A stretch of 64,000 bases of DNA from Hydrolagus affinis. Its lineage: Eukaryota. Where the stretch lies: NCBI GenBank assembly GCA_012026655.1, contig JAAILG010000551.1:1-64000 (forward strand), read 5' to 3'. Each line of letters opens with the position of its first letter. The first letter of the stretch is position 1. The position numbers were made by a program, and so were the translations under genes. Of this stretch, positions 1 through 11,908 are shown piece after piece. A model generated the notes under the pieces. It searched no databases, was not told where the DNA came from, and saw nothing but the letters and a program-made list of their open reading frames with translations.

Positions 1-469
1 TTTATGACTATTGCCATCATTAGTTTCTGCCATCATTTTTAATTTAAATCTCCTGATATTGTGCTCTTTTGTATTACATTGCAACTTCAGAATATAAACC
101 TGAGCTTCATTTGAGGATTTATCAGTACCAGTACACTTGATTTTTTTTCACCCAGAGAGTTGCTGGCAATGCTTGGAGATGTTCATATATTTTATATAAC
201 TAAAACTAGAATTTCATACAACTTGTATAAAACTGAAATAAAAACAGATAGTATAAACTTGTTTGATCGATTTTGAGAAAATCATTTTGGCCATGTGCAA
301 AAATGCCTATATATTGGGAACAAAAGATCAATAGAAGGAGAGCATGAGGAAGCTAGAACAGTTTACTATAAACTAAAATGTGTATTTTTTTTAACAGGAA
401 TATACCATTCGAACCATTAAGCCTTTCCAAAATTATGGGCAATCTGCAACTCAATTCCGCCTCCTTGCC

Positions 470-700
470 TTCTCTCCACATTCCTTGATACCCTTGTCTA
501 TCAAGTGTTTATGTGTATGACTTTCAATTCTCCAACTGACTTTGTCTCCACTGCCGTCTGCATGAAAAAATCCTTCCTTATTTCACTTTTAAGGGGTTTA
601 GCCTCACATTTAAGACTATGGCCTCTAGTTCTGTATTGTGTCGTCAAAGGAAACAGCTGCTCACTATTCAGCCTATTAGACCCTTGATAATTTTATACCG
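470..700 (-). mobile_element. CR1-type LINE 3' fragment
   Basis: Reverse strand reads RTRGHSLK...EIRKDFFMQ, typical of the CR1 ORF2 C-terminus. Confidence 0.65.
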
Positions 701-719
701 TGTATGAACGTACATGATA

Positions 720-960
720 TATGGATGACATTAGGATATTATGGAATCCAAATGCAGTTTTAGTTGTTCGCAGGAGAAATGGAGGTTACAGCAAAAGATT
801 AGTAGAATTTAGTTAAGTTGAAAGTCTATGGCAAATGAAATTTAACACTGGTGAATGTCAAGCATTTTACATCAGAGAAAATGTGTATACAAGTATCAAA
901 ATCAGTAAAAAGAATTTGAGTGGAATGATTGGGAAAGGGTCTTGTGATTCTAGGGCTTGG
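720..960 (+). mobile_element. CR1-type LINE ORF2 fragment
   Basis: tggcaaatgaaatttaacactggtgaatgtcaa = WQMKFNTGECQ, a decayed WQMxFNxxKC motif. Confidence 0.6.
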
Positions 961-3383
961 TATCGACCAGGAGGGGCACACAGCTGGTGATTACGTTCCA
1001 CGCACTTCCAACTAATGAATCATCGCTCTGTGCATAGAGATGTATTGCTGAGTTGTAAACTATAGGATGATGGAAATGCTCACACGCATTTCAGGCTGAG
1101 TTGTGCTGCTCAGTGGGAAACTCGCAGAGAATTTCTGGACTTGCTATCTGCCTCGTGAGGGGTCAAACCTGTTTGTCAGATGTCAAATGACAAACTCATG
1201 AATAACTTAGCAGTAGGTGGGTAAACAAGGCTCCATTGGAGCTGAGCTGACCAAGGAAATATGGTTTGGTAATAGAATGTAAGAATCGAGCCAACCCTCT
1301 GCAGTGTTCCCAAACATCTGGTTCCTGAGTCAAGTGACTCCCAGCACTTCAAAATGTTGACAGACAAGCAAGCAGGGCTTGAAAGGGAAGACTGGGATAG
1401 GTATTCTTCTCATTTGGTTCCTATTAACCCTGTAAGCTAAATCTCCAATTGGTAGGGTAGTCCAAGCTCGGCAAACCGCTAGAATCTTGCCTGATGGTGT
1501 TCCCACTGGGGTATTAACTGGTTGAACTAACATATCCGCTGCTTTCTTCACCTCAATGAAATGTTAAACCAAAAAACGTTCACACGTGAAAGCATCAGTT
1601 GCAAAAAAAAAAAGGGGGTGTCAGGTGACTTTTCACTATTTAATGATCTGGGGGTGAAAAACTCCTGAAACATCAATTATTTCCTCCAGAGAATACAGCT
1701 GAGAATAAACATGACACAACATGATTCCAGGCAGGTGAGGGGAGGAGTAGAGAATTCTGTTGAATTTTCTACCAAGTGAAACAGAAGCAGGCTGGCTCAC
1801 TGTTCTGTCATCTATATTTATTTAAGTCTGAATTACATGAAAATAACTTGGGAATTATGCTTAGCACGGAAGCACATAACAGATCAGATTTGTTGCAACG
1901 TTCTTTTCAAACATTTAAATTTTTAATAATTTTCTTCTGGTTTGCGATGTAAGAAAGAAGGGATTCAAAGATATTGCACAACTCGTTGAGTATTTTGGCA
2001 GTTCTCTGGTGGATTTCCAAATTCTCTGGTGGGAATGATTTGAATATGTGCAATCAGGTTTTCCACTGATTTCTAATTCATAGTGGAATTGGAAGATTAA
2101 ACAATTTGCCTTTATATAGCAATCTTCACGTCGGATAGTGTCTCGGAGCGCTTAAATATTTTGTTGAAATAAAATGTGATGAAGCAAACATGATGTGGGG
2201 TTTGTTTTACCTTCATAAGTGGTTTGGGGGAATGTGTAATAGGCCTAGTGCTGTTTCTGGAAAGAGATGTGTACTGAAACCCCATTGTTTTTCTTCAGTG
2301 ATCGGTTGTGCAATCTAACCCAGGTGTGGAGGGCAGGACCAACTTCTACTTTAGAGTAGGAAAAGTCCCAAGTTTTCCTAAGTCTGGAAAGTGAACATTA
2401 AGTCTATACAATGCAATAAGAAGTCTTGTTAAAAAAAGGAGAGAAGCTACTCTTGACTGTCCAGTAGGAATTGAGACAAATAGGAAATGTCCATTTGTGA
2501 TTCACCAACACATGGAAATTGCAAGTCAGCTAGAGTTTGCTTCTCTATTTCCCAGCCCTAATTGTTCAGGATTTCAAATTATACTGATTGGAATAAATGC
2601 ATTATTTTGGCAAAGTACTTTTCATTTTTTTTATATCTAACTTGTTCATTTCTTGTAGCCGGTACAATTCCAAGGAATCCCTCCTTACGTTTTCTACCCC
2701 CCCCCCCCCCCCCCTTTCCTACAAGATAGCCACCAGTTGGTTATTTGATATCCCACAAGTACAGGTATGAGTGCTCACTTGGCAGGTACCAGGAACTGCT
2801 TATGAGCAATATCACCATCTTTAAGCCCACAGCTTGGACAACATGGTTGCACCAATTAGAGGTGCAGAGCTTGAGCAGCAGCTGCTTGCCTGTTTACCAG
2901 TCAAGGTGGATTCCAAGCCCTCATTGTATGAATGTGATTCACAAACTCAGTCTCCACATCATACCTTCCAACATTTTAGTTACATAGGAGTTCAAGACTG
3001 GATCCTGGCTTTGCTCTGCGAATGTATCTAAACTGCTCATTTGATGTGTGAAGTGTTCGTGTGCACTAAGTTGCTTCCCAGTACATGTTCATTTTATGTT
3101 TAAAAGAAACGTTGTGCCTTTTATTTAAATATTGAATACTAATGTACACTTATACAATATAAATTCCCTTCTATTTAGTAGTTTTCAAATTGGACAGTCA
3201 TGAAATATAGCTGCAGAACAAGTCTGGTGATACAAAAACAAAATAATTTTGTTTTATTTTGCTCACTTGCTTCTCCTTCCTCCGTCCCCAGTTGTGCAGG
3301 ATTGCAAATGATACTGGTTGGAATAATTGTTGAAGTAGTTATTATTCAGTTTTGATATCTATCTTGTTCATTTCTGTTTGTAG

Positions 3384-3521
3384 AACCCATCGGAAGCATG
3401 TCCTCTATGGAGGTAAATGTGGACATGCTGGAACAGATGGACCTGATGGACATGTCTGATCAAGAAGCACTAGATGTGTTCCTTAACTCAGAAGACAACA
3501 GCGAAATCTCACCAGTATTAG
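3384..3521 (+). CDS. DTNBP1: DTNBP1 (dysbindin) penultimate coding exon
   Basis: tttgtag|AACCCATC...GTATTAG|gtaaat; phase 1/1; reads [47 protein letters not shown], the dysbindin C-terminal signature. Confidence 0.95.
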
Positions 3522-3881
3522 GTAAATTATTCTTTCTTACCACTTGGTGGCAGCATAACAACATCAATTATTAATTGTGCTGAAGTAAAATAAAAATTAC
3601 AGTAAAGTAAACCCCTGGCTTCTGGGTACTCAGGGTATAAATCTAGCAGGACTAGGCTTTAAACCCCCCAAAAAATTTAAAAACAAGTGCCAATGAGTTG
3701 GGCTGGTTTTTAAATTTATGCCATAAATCCAGAAATATTCAAACCTAGAAAAAACTGAAAACACACTTCCAATCAAACATGGACTTACCTAGACTGGTAC
3801 AAACGTTTGTGGAGAATGCTTCTTCACGGTTCTTGGACCACAGGTTGACTGCCAATGGTAGATAGGAATAATATTCTTGTA

Positions 3882-4211
3882 CAGTAAAAGCCTGTTTATC
3901 CGGCACCCTCCGGGGGGTCGACTAATTGACTGTGCCGGAAAATCGGGCAGCAAGTTGCCGAAAACCCAACACAAAAAATTTACTTATTTTAAAACATACC
4001 ATATTAATAATATACTAAATAGTAACAGAATATTGTATGGATACTTAACCAATAAAGATTCCAGCACACTCGGTAAAATGATCAGTAAAAAAGCATATTT
4101 TTTTCCGCATATGCAAAGTGAGCATACTCGCGATTCCTGGAATGGGGAATTGCCCTGGGAGGGGGTCGTGCAATCCGGTTGATCGGGTCACGGATAAACC
4201 GGCTTTTACTA
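3882..4211. mobile_element. Tc1/mariner-pogo (Tigger-like) MITE
   Basis: TIRs cagtaaaagcctgtttatccg (3882-3902) and cggataaaccggcttttacta (4191-4211); TA at 3880-3881; no coding capacity. Confidence 0.75.
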
Positions 4212-5149
4212 CATTTGTAAAATCAGCAATTTTTCTTGAATTGGCACTGAAAACAATTGAGTGCATATTTATATGTACCAGACACTATGTCAATAAATCT
4301 TAATTGTAGTTATCTGGAATATGGATTCTAAATGCATTATAATTGTTTCAGTATTGTTTAAATAAAACTCACAACATTATTTACTTAGAAAATAACATGC
4401 CTACATGTGAGTATAAATAAGTAATCTCTCTGAAGGAGATTGTTGTAAAGTTGAGTAGAAAATTCAAGCTGTTTGTTAGTTATTTGAACCCTGAGATGAA
4501 ATTACTCCCTCCAGATAAGTTTTTTTTAGATATTTAAGTGTTACTTTGACTCTGTTGGTAGCACATTCATCTCTGGATCAGAAGATTGTAGTTGTGATTA
4601 AAATGTGCTGTCTCTGCTAATCTTTCGGTACAGTACTGGAGGTGTCTTTCTCCCTTTCCTGTTAGTTCAGGTAGACATTAAAGATCCAATGGCATTACAA
4701 CAACAACAAAATTACACTTCTAGAGTGCCTTTCACGACGGACGGGCCTGTGGCATTATTTCAGAGACTAAGAATAGTTGCAGGACTAAAACCAAATCTTC
4801 CATCTTTTCAAGACCATTTCAGAAACTATTTTGTAAATACTAGTTGCCCAAAAGCCACTTGAAAGATAACTGCACAATCTGTCCCTTTAACCATATCAAA
4901 CTTACTCAAAGCTCCCTCAGCTGGCAGGCAGTATCGATGTAATTTTTTTAAAAAAAGTGAACTTAATCATGGTTTTCCAATACTCAAATGATCATCCAAG
5001 GATTTTATTCTATCTTCATTATATACTTTTTTTCTGGGGGCAAGAGGTGCTTTGACGTTTTTGTTAGTATTGTAATGGGGTACAGAAGAAATCTATGCGT
5101 CTGATTTCCTGGTGAATACCTATTGATGGCATGATATTTGAACTTTAGA

Positions 5150-5430
5150 TTTAGTCCCAACACTTCACACCATCTGTTCCTTCTGCTCAGCAGGCTCCGG
5201 CCTGCTCCGTCAGGCCTTCAGCCTCTCCGTCCCCATCTTTTGAAACTCCATTCCATATTCCCTTCGGCTCGCTCCCTCCCTTGCTTCCTTCAAGGCATGT
5301 CTCAAGACCCTTCTCTTCGACTTTGCCTTGAGCCACCCACCTCCCCCACTGGGTCCCGATCCCTTTCTGCGCAGTACTTTGCCACGTCCTCCCGATGTTA
5401 AAGGCACTATACAAATGTAATTTTGAATTG
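5150..5430 (+). mobile_element. L2 LINE 3' end
   Basis: Decayed AFS..P.LWNSIP...LKTLLF ORF2 terminus, then cgtcctcccgatgttaaaggcactatacaaatgtaatttt tail. Confidence 0.75.
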
Positions 5431-6351
5431 TATAGTATTTGGTCATTCACGGTAACTTACGTTTGCCCTAGGCAATACAGTATATGTATTACCTAAACGA
5501 CTAGCGAGCCACAACATGTTCTAGGAAAAAGGAAAAATTGGTTTGTAGGTCATAGATCAAGTGCTCAGGAAAAGATTGAGTTTGATAGATTGTTTTTTTA
5601 AAAGGCAGCACGGTTGCCAGAGGGAATGAATGGTCAAGATCTATTGGGTGATGTGATTGCAACTCTGGTATTGTGTTGTGGATAAATAATTGTCACCCAC
5701 TTATCTAAAATTCACTTTTTAATGTAATTATAACTCACATCAACATGACAATATTACATAATAGGAATGCCAATGCATGCACAATTATGTAATAGGATAC
5801 GCCAGTTGGAAATTGCATTCATAATGCAATGTTGTAATGTACAATTTTGCCTCATGATACTTATTTTTAATACTCTAGTTCTAAAATAGTTTCTACTTTC
5901 TTAGTTGTTGAAGCCTCAGGTTTCCCGACCTTCCCTGGAGCCTGGCTGTGGAGTCTGTCTGTCTGTGTTCTAAAATAGCGCAATTTTAAGCCATTAAATG
6001 TGAATCAAAAAAGCAGTGGTCTGGAAAAAACGTGCTTCCAAAAAATAATAAAACTGACAAATGTTGCTGTCATATGAATTACATTGCATGATTGTGCATC
6101 ATAAACATCTTCTGAGTTCTCCGTGAAAGGATTTCCAGATCTCTGCTGCATTTCTGTTGTGAGAAATCTTTATTAAAAGAGTAGTGTTACGAATATGTTT
6201 ATTTTTGGGGAACTAAGCTTATTTTGATTTCCATACAGTCCTGATGTTGTTAACAAACCTTGCTAGGAAATGTAGAAACTTTGTTCCCCCAGGGTTAAGA
6301 ATAAATACACTATATGAGGACTTAGTACTTTTTATTAAAAAAGTGACTTAT

Positions 6352-6720
6352 GCAACAACAACTGGCACTTACTTACATAGTGCCCTCCAGGTAGGGTAGC
6401 ATCTCAGAGCACTTAACAGTGGCGGAGCCTGACTCTCAACTTGGGGTAGGGGGGAGGTGGCCATTAGCACAGTCGAAGAGGAAGGTTTTTAGGTGGGATT
6501 TGAAAAGGGTAAAGGAGCAAAGGATTGAGGGAGAGTGTTCCAGAGTTTTGGGGCGTAATGGCTGAAAGCACAACTTCCGATGATGGCGGGTGCGAGGACA
6601 ACAATGGTGGAATAAGGAAGTCAGAGAGATAGGGAGGTGCCAGGGAGTGAAAGGATTTTAACATGAGTGTGAGGATCTTGAAGTTCGGTGATGGAGATCC
6701 AGTGGAGCCCGGCCAGAACT
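6352..6720 (-). mobile_element. L2 LINE 3' end
   Basis: Reverse translation FKILTLMLKSFHSLAPPYLSD..., L2 ORF2 C-terminus plus tail. Confidence 0.75.
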
Positions 6721-6920
6721 GGTGAGTTTGGTCGGGGTAAGTATGCAGAGTTTTGAATGAGCTGGATCTTTGCAGGCGACTAATCTGTGCTAGCGTCTCC
6801 AAGAAACATTCATATTTGATATAGCGCTTATCTTGGTGTTGAAACAACTCAAAGCACTTCACAGGATGTTATGGTAAAGTGTAGTGACCTTAATTTGTAG
6901 GTGAGGTGAAGTATCAATGA

Positions 6921-7224
6921 CAGAGCTGCCAACCTTTTTTAACAAAAAAAAGTACTCCTGAAAGCTAAAAACAGTATTTTGTAGTAAAAAAAAGTATTTT
7001 CCCCAGAACCTACCGGTACTTAACGAAAAAATTACAGCGCGAAAAGATGCCAAGTAAAATGGGACTTCAAAACCCCGTGTGTGGCAAAAATTACATTAAG
7101 AGGGAGGTCCCTACTGTGTTTCTGTATATGAAAAAAATTGTTCCCAGTAATGCCTTGCGCCTAGCCTAGCGCCTAATGCTAATATTTACAGTGTATCAGC
7201 GACAGCAGAAGTTAGGTAGCACTG
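6921..7224. mobile_element. Possible hAT-type MITE
   Basis: Imperfect termini cagagctgccaacct / agttaggtagcactg; no clean 8-bp TSD. Confidence 0.35.
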
Positions 7225-7237
7225 CTATTGAAGGCAG

Positions 7238-7418
7238 GGAGAGAGAGTTAAAGAGAATGAGGCTGAGACAGAGAGACTGAGTGAGATTGTAACAGCCAGA
7301 GACTCAAACAGGGAGAGAGAGGGAAAGAGACATAGAAAGAGAGAGACAGAGACACAGAGAGAGAGAGAGACACAGAGGGAGATTGAGACAGAGAGAAGGA
7401 GAGACAGACAGACAGAGC
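7238..7418. repeat. GA-rich degenerate microsatellite
   Basis: gagagagacagagacacagagagag... Confidence 0.85.
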
Positions 7419-8752
7419 ATGGAATTTTTCAAACTTAGGCTCTCATTCACTCAGCTTTCTCTCAACTCCATATTATTGTATATTCCTTCAATTTATATTC
7501 TCCACCAGGGCTAAACCTAACCCTTTCCCTTACCTCCTCCACAGCTCCCCTTCCACCCCAGATTATGTTCCTAGTCAGCCGTGTGAACGCCCCCCCCCCA
7601 CCACCCTCCGACGTAAACGGCACTATATATGTAAATTGTTTTTTCGCTTGGTCTCTGTGAGGCAATCTAATTATAGCAAGTCATGTGAGTTTCTTAGCAG
7701 ATTTCATGAGGTAAGATTAAACTTAAATGTGTTTAAATCTACACATTCAAACCCACTCCCAAATCTCATAACACAAAGATGGCACTTCCATATTAAATGC
7801 GATAACTTCTCTGGGATTTTCCCCAGAGATCATTGACACCTAAACAGAGAATCATTGTTCTGAGGTTCTTCATCAATATATCAATCAGGAATATTATGTC
7901 TGTCTCTGAAACGGTTTTCTTACACAGCCACAAGTTTTGAATTGTTTAAACTCTTCATTATTCTTCACCAGAAATACTTTGCAACAAAGTGAATGTTTAT
8001 CTCAGACTATGTAGGATTGGATTATTGCTGGATTGACAACTTTTTTCAAAAGGTACACTTAATAGTACACTTTGGCAATTGTATTGGACAGCATGAAAGC
8101 TGATTCTCTATAACCGAAGAGCTAACATGCAATGTTTTCCAATGAACTTTGTCCGCTTTCCCACCTCCATGAGAAATGACTAACCTGCCAGCCCTTCAGT
8201 GCAATGGGAAAGATGGGAACTTTCATGTGTGGAGAATCAAACAGTGTTATCCGATTGCAATATCAATGGCAAGCTGTGTGGGTTTAGCTGGTTAGACTCC
8301 AGCAGTACCCCAATGCACACTCTAGGGTCCCCAAGCCGTGGCTTTTGCCAACCTGCACCTAACACTTTCCGAACTAGGATGCGCCCCTCCAGGGAGAGAG
8401 AGCACATTCCATTCCAATAATCTCTGGGATTTCCACGTATTGGTGGGATGTATGGAAATCTCAGGTTGGTTTGGATACTCAGAAACATGGTGATGGGTTT
8501 CTGTATGTGTCAAACACCCAACTGACCAAATAAATTACCCAATTCATGTTAAGAGTGAAAACAAGTCTGTATACCACCATCTTGGGGAGGTTTGGTGTAC
8601 ACTAAGTTCCTTTAAGAGATGCTACAAATTAGACTCCAGTATTTACAGCTGGTTTGAAAATGCCCAAATCATTCCTTTCGGCTAAACATTAGATCACTGA
8701 ATGATGGTCCGCAGTAAGTGCCCTAATCCCTTTCTTTCCATCTCCTGTACAG

Positions 8753-8988
8753 GGCCATGTCAAAGTGAAATAACTCTGCAAGTGCCAACACAAGCTGAGC
8801 TGAGATTGAAGTTATCCGCTTTATCTTCCACTTACGCTGACTCTGCTAAACAGGATGAGAGTGAAGAAGGTGGCGGAGGGGAAGACATTCCAGTGATTCA
8901 GTCTGATGAAGAGGAAGTTCAAGTAGACACCACTCTGACTACAGTAAATTCTGATCCAAAAGAGAACTCTGACAGTGATTCTCAGTAA
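8753..8988 (+). CDS. DTNBP1: DTNBP1 last coding exon
   Basis: Pyrimidine tract + tacag acceptor; in frame with previous exon; GPCQSEITLQVP...VIQSDEEEVQVDT...DSDSQ* matches the acidic dysbindin tail; TAA 8986-8988. Confidence 0.95.
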
Positions 8989-9241
8989 AGAGAACTAAAG
9001 TTTACCTGAATCACACAATGAAGAACCTTCTGTGATGGCTAACCCAATGAATGAATCCTTTTGCTCTTGTTTTGAACCAGTAACTTTTGTTACCTAGTGT
9101 TTCTGCGAGATTAACAATGACTATGTATAGAAGCGGTAGACGGGCCTAATTAGTTTAATTACAGAAGCAAATTTCTCAGGCTTGATTAATGAAGCATTTT
9201 TCTGTAAGTTTTCACCTTCCTAAACACTGTACTTACCAACA

Positions 9242-9476
9242 AGTAAAGTTTATTTTGGCAATTTTCAATCTCTGCATGAGCCTGCGTTGCATCATTTGAA
9301 TCTGGATTGGGGGGGGTATTCCTTTACTTTTCATCGTATTTCCATTCATTTCAATGAATTTTGTAGCACAATATGATTTTCTAGGGATATCACTCAAAAC
9401 ATCTACTGATGAATTTCAGGATTGTTCAAGTTTCTTTCCCACTCTTTATCACCCCCACCACCAAGTGAGCATTAAA
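9242..9476 (+). terminator. Candidate DTNBP1 poly(A) signals (AGTAAA 9242-9247, ATTAAA 9471-9476)
   Basis: Variant hexamers downstream of the DTNBP1 stop, followed by T-rich sequence; usage unknown. Confidence 0.4.
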
Positions 9477-10069
9477 TATAAGAATGAATAGGAGGAGATG
9501 CTTTCAAATTATTTTCTCTAAGACTCCAGCCAACCCCTGCAGGAAATTTGCTTGTTAAATATTTTGGATTTGGTAACTTAAATAGGTTAAGCGCAAAATC
9601 ATATACTTCCACTTAAGTTTATAGTTTGATATTGTATTTTTATTATAAAGAAACAAAATCCAATAAGGCTGTTCATCTCAGCAGCCCTCAGTTGGTGCAA
9701 GGATTGAATCCAATGCTGCATTTATACTGCAATATCAGTTGCAATGATTCGCAGTCAACGTGAGCCCTGCGGGAACACAAATTGTGCTACAGCCTTATAT
9801 CTAATGACATTTTCATTTCATGGAGGATAATTCACTTGCTGTGTTTTGAAGACAGAATTATCAAGTTGAGCACATGGGAAAGTAATAATGAATTGAGCAG
9901 CAGGTGTGACCAGAAATGTTTTGAAGGGATTTGGGGGAAGCAAATCAAGGTTTTTGCCTCAATAACGAAATGGTAAAACTTGAACCGCAAACATTACACT
10001 TCAGTTCTGCTCAACAGATTTGTATTCCTGCATTGACACAGATACGTAGACAAAAATTAACTCGTGCGC

Positions 10070-11731
10070 GGGAAACTGCTCAAAAGTTTTATTAAACTTT
10101 TAAGTACAAACCTGAAAAGTAAAAAACTCGCAATTACAACGTGAACTCTTTCCGCACAGAAAGGAAAGGTGCAGAGCAGCACTAATAAATTAAATGTCAA
10201 TCTGTAAGCAATAGTCAAAAAGATGTCTGCTCTCAAAGAAAAAACAAAATACATAGTAAGGCCATAAAAACTGGACAACCACATTTGAAAACACTTGAAA
10301 TCAGTTATGTTGTTAAATACTCCAAAGCAAGGTCAGTCTTCTGCAGCAACAACAACCAACAACTGGGAAAAAAATGACTTCTTGACAGTCACCACTGGCA
10401 AGCTCAGTGCAACATGGGTAGCTACAATTAATGTTGCAGTTTCAGCAATGAAAACTAGTTAATGAACAATGTTTCCCTTTTTTACACTGAAAGGGGCAAC
10501 AGCTACTCCATTATTTGTTCAGTGATGTAAGCAGCACTTAAATGTTACAAGAAACCCTGTAAGCATCCAAAAACCGATGAAGAAACTGAAACATAAGGCT
10601 TTTCTTCATCTCTTTCCCCCCCCACAAAAGGCTCAAGTATTTAAAACAATTTACAGGTGTATATACAAAGTATTTTGTTTAGTTCTTTTTTTTGTTTTTT
10701 TTTCCTTTTTTTTACAAACATGGAAAGTAAAGTAAAAACACAAATAGCAATGAAGGAAATGCATTTTCACATTTCACAAAGAAATATGCACATCCCCTAG
10801 TGGCTCCATTGTGACCATCTCACCAATGAACTGAACATTAATGCTGATTCTGTGTCATTAAGGAAGGATGGAGAAGGAATATAGAGATGAAAGTGGAATT
10901 AAAATGGAATGTTACAAAGATTGCACATCTACAAAGGCGAAGCAGATATTCCCGCTTCAATAAATTGATAAAGGACACTGTTGTAGGGTTTTGATAAAAA
11001 ATGATTGACAGCACCAAAAGTTTTTTTTTATATGAATTTGCTAATGAAAGTCAGGCACAGTTTCCTCCAGCCAGGCAGCCTTATTATTACAGATGCATAG
11101 TGATGTGCTGGTAAGGAGAAAAAAAATCACCTTTGCTTTACTTTCAAGATCACCATTTCTTTATATTTTGTAAACCAGATCAAGTATCAGCTGCCGTGAC
11201 TCTTAAAAATAATAATACAATTTTCCAAATAGAAAAGCGATTTCTCAACTTACACTTAACCAAAAAGTAAAACCTAGCCAAACTGAAGCAGTTTCTTTCA
11301 AGTTTTGCCTCCCCTTCCTCCAAAAGCTGCTCGCATGACTGAAATTGCAAGATAAAAACACACAGCACTCAACTTCAACCTAGATCAAAAGGAGTTTAAA
11401 ACATCCCACCTGTTTCACAGTAACAAAAAAAAATCAAAAATAAGAGGTTTGCTTTAGCCAAAAGGGCAAATGCAAACATAGATTACTGCTTAGCCCTTTG
11501 ACTTGGTTTTAACAGTGAATGAAAACACGATTACTGCATTCCAAAAAAATACTGCCGACTGCAGTGTCTGGTGTTCCTAAAAAAAACATTTTAATGCTAA
11601 AACAAATGCTTTTCTTTCTATAAACAAAAACAGAAATTATCTTCAGAGCTAGTGCAAAGACAGCTTGCGTTCTTCTAGCAAGTACTCACAAATTATAGTA
11701 CAAAAAAAAACGAGTATGAAACTTGGCAACT
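10070..11731 (-). other. JARID2: Probable JARID2 3' UTR
   Basis: AU-rich, repeat-free stretch after the stop; AATAAA on - at 10088-10093; the end is inferred. Confidence 0.65.
10088..10093 (-). terminator. Candidate JARID2 poly(A) signal AATAAA
   Basis: tttatt on +; followed on - by U/GU-rich sequence; alternatives at 9639-9644 and 9249-9254. Confidence 0.55.
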
Positions 11732-11908
11732 TCATGGGGTACTTGTAGCACTTCTGGACAAGGATGAAAGTCTAGTTGCTGGCACGTCAATGGTTGCTCG
11801 CTTTCGAGGTCCTCTTTTCAGTGTGGACTTGCTGGTACTGCTACTGTTGCTGCTGCTCTTGGCTGCTACTTTTCCACAGATTTGATTTACCAAGCTGTTT
11901 ATTTGTTC
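11732..11908 (-). CDS. JARID2: JARID2 last coding exon (human exon 18 equivalent)
   Basis: aag|[17 protein letters not shown]...[28 protein letters not shown] (TGA = tca 11732-11734). Confidence 0.95.
   Translation of the reverse strand, partial: EQINSLVNQICGKVAAKSSSNSSSTSKSTLKRGPRKRATIDVPATRLSSLSRSATSTP

Noticed and set aside
8701-8752. ATG-initiated extension of the DTNBP1 last exon ORF
   Set aside because: The sequence is the polypyrimidine tract and acceptor; intronic
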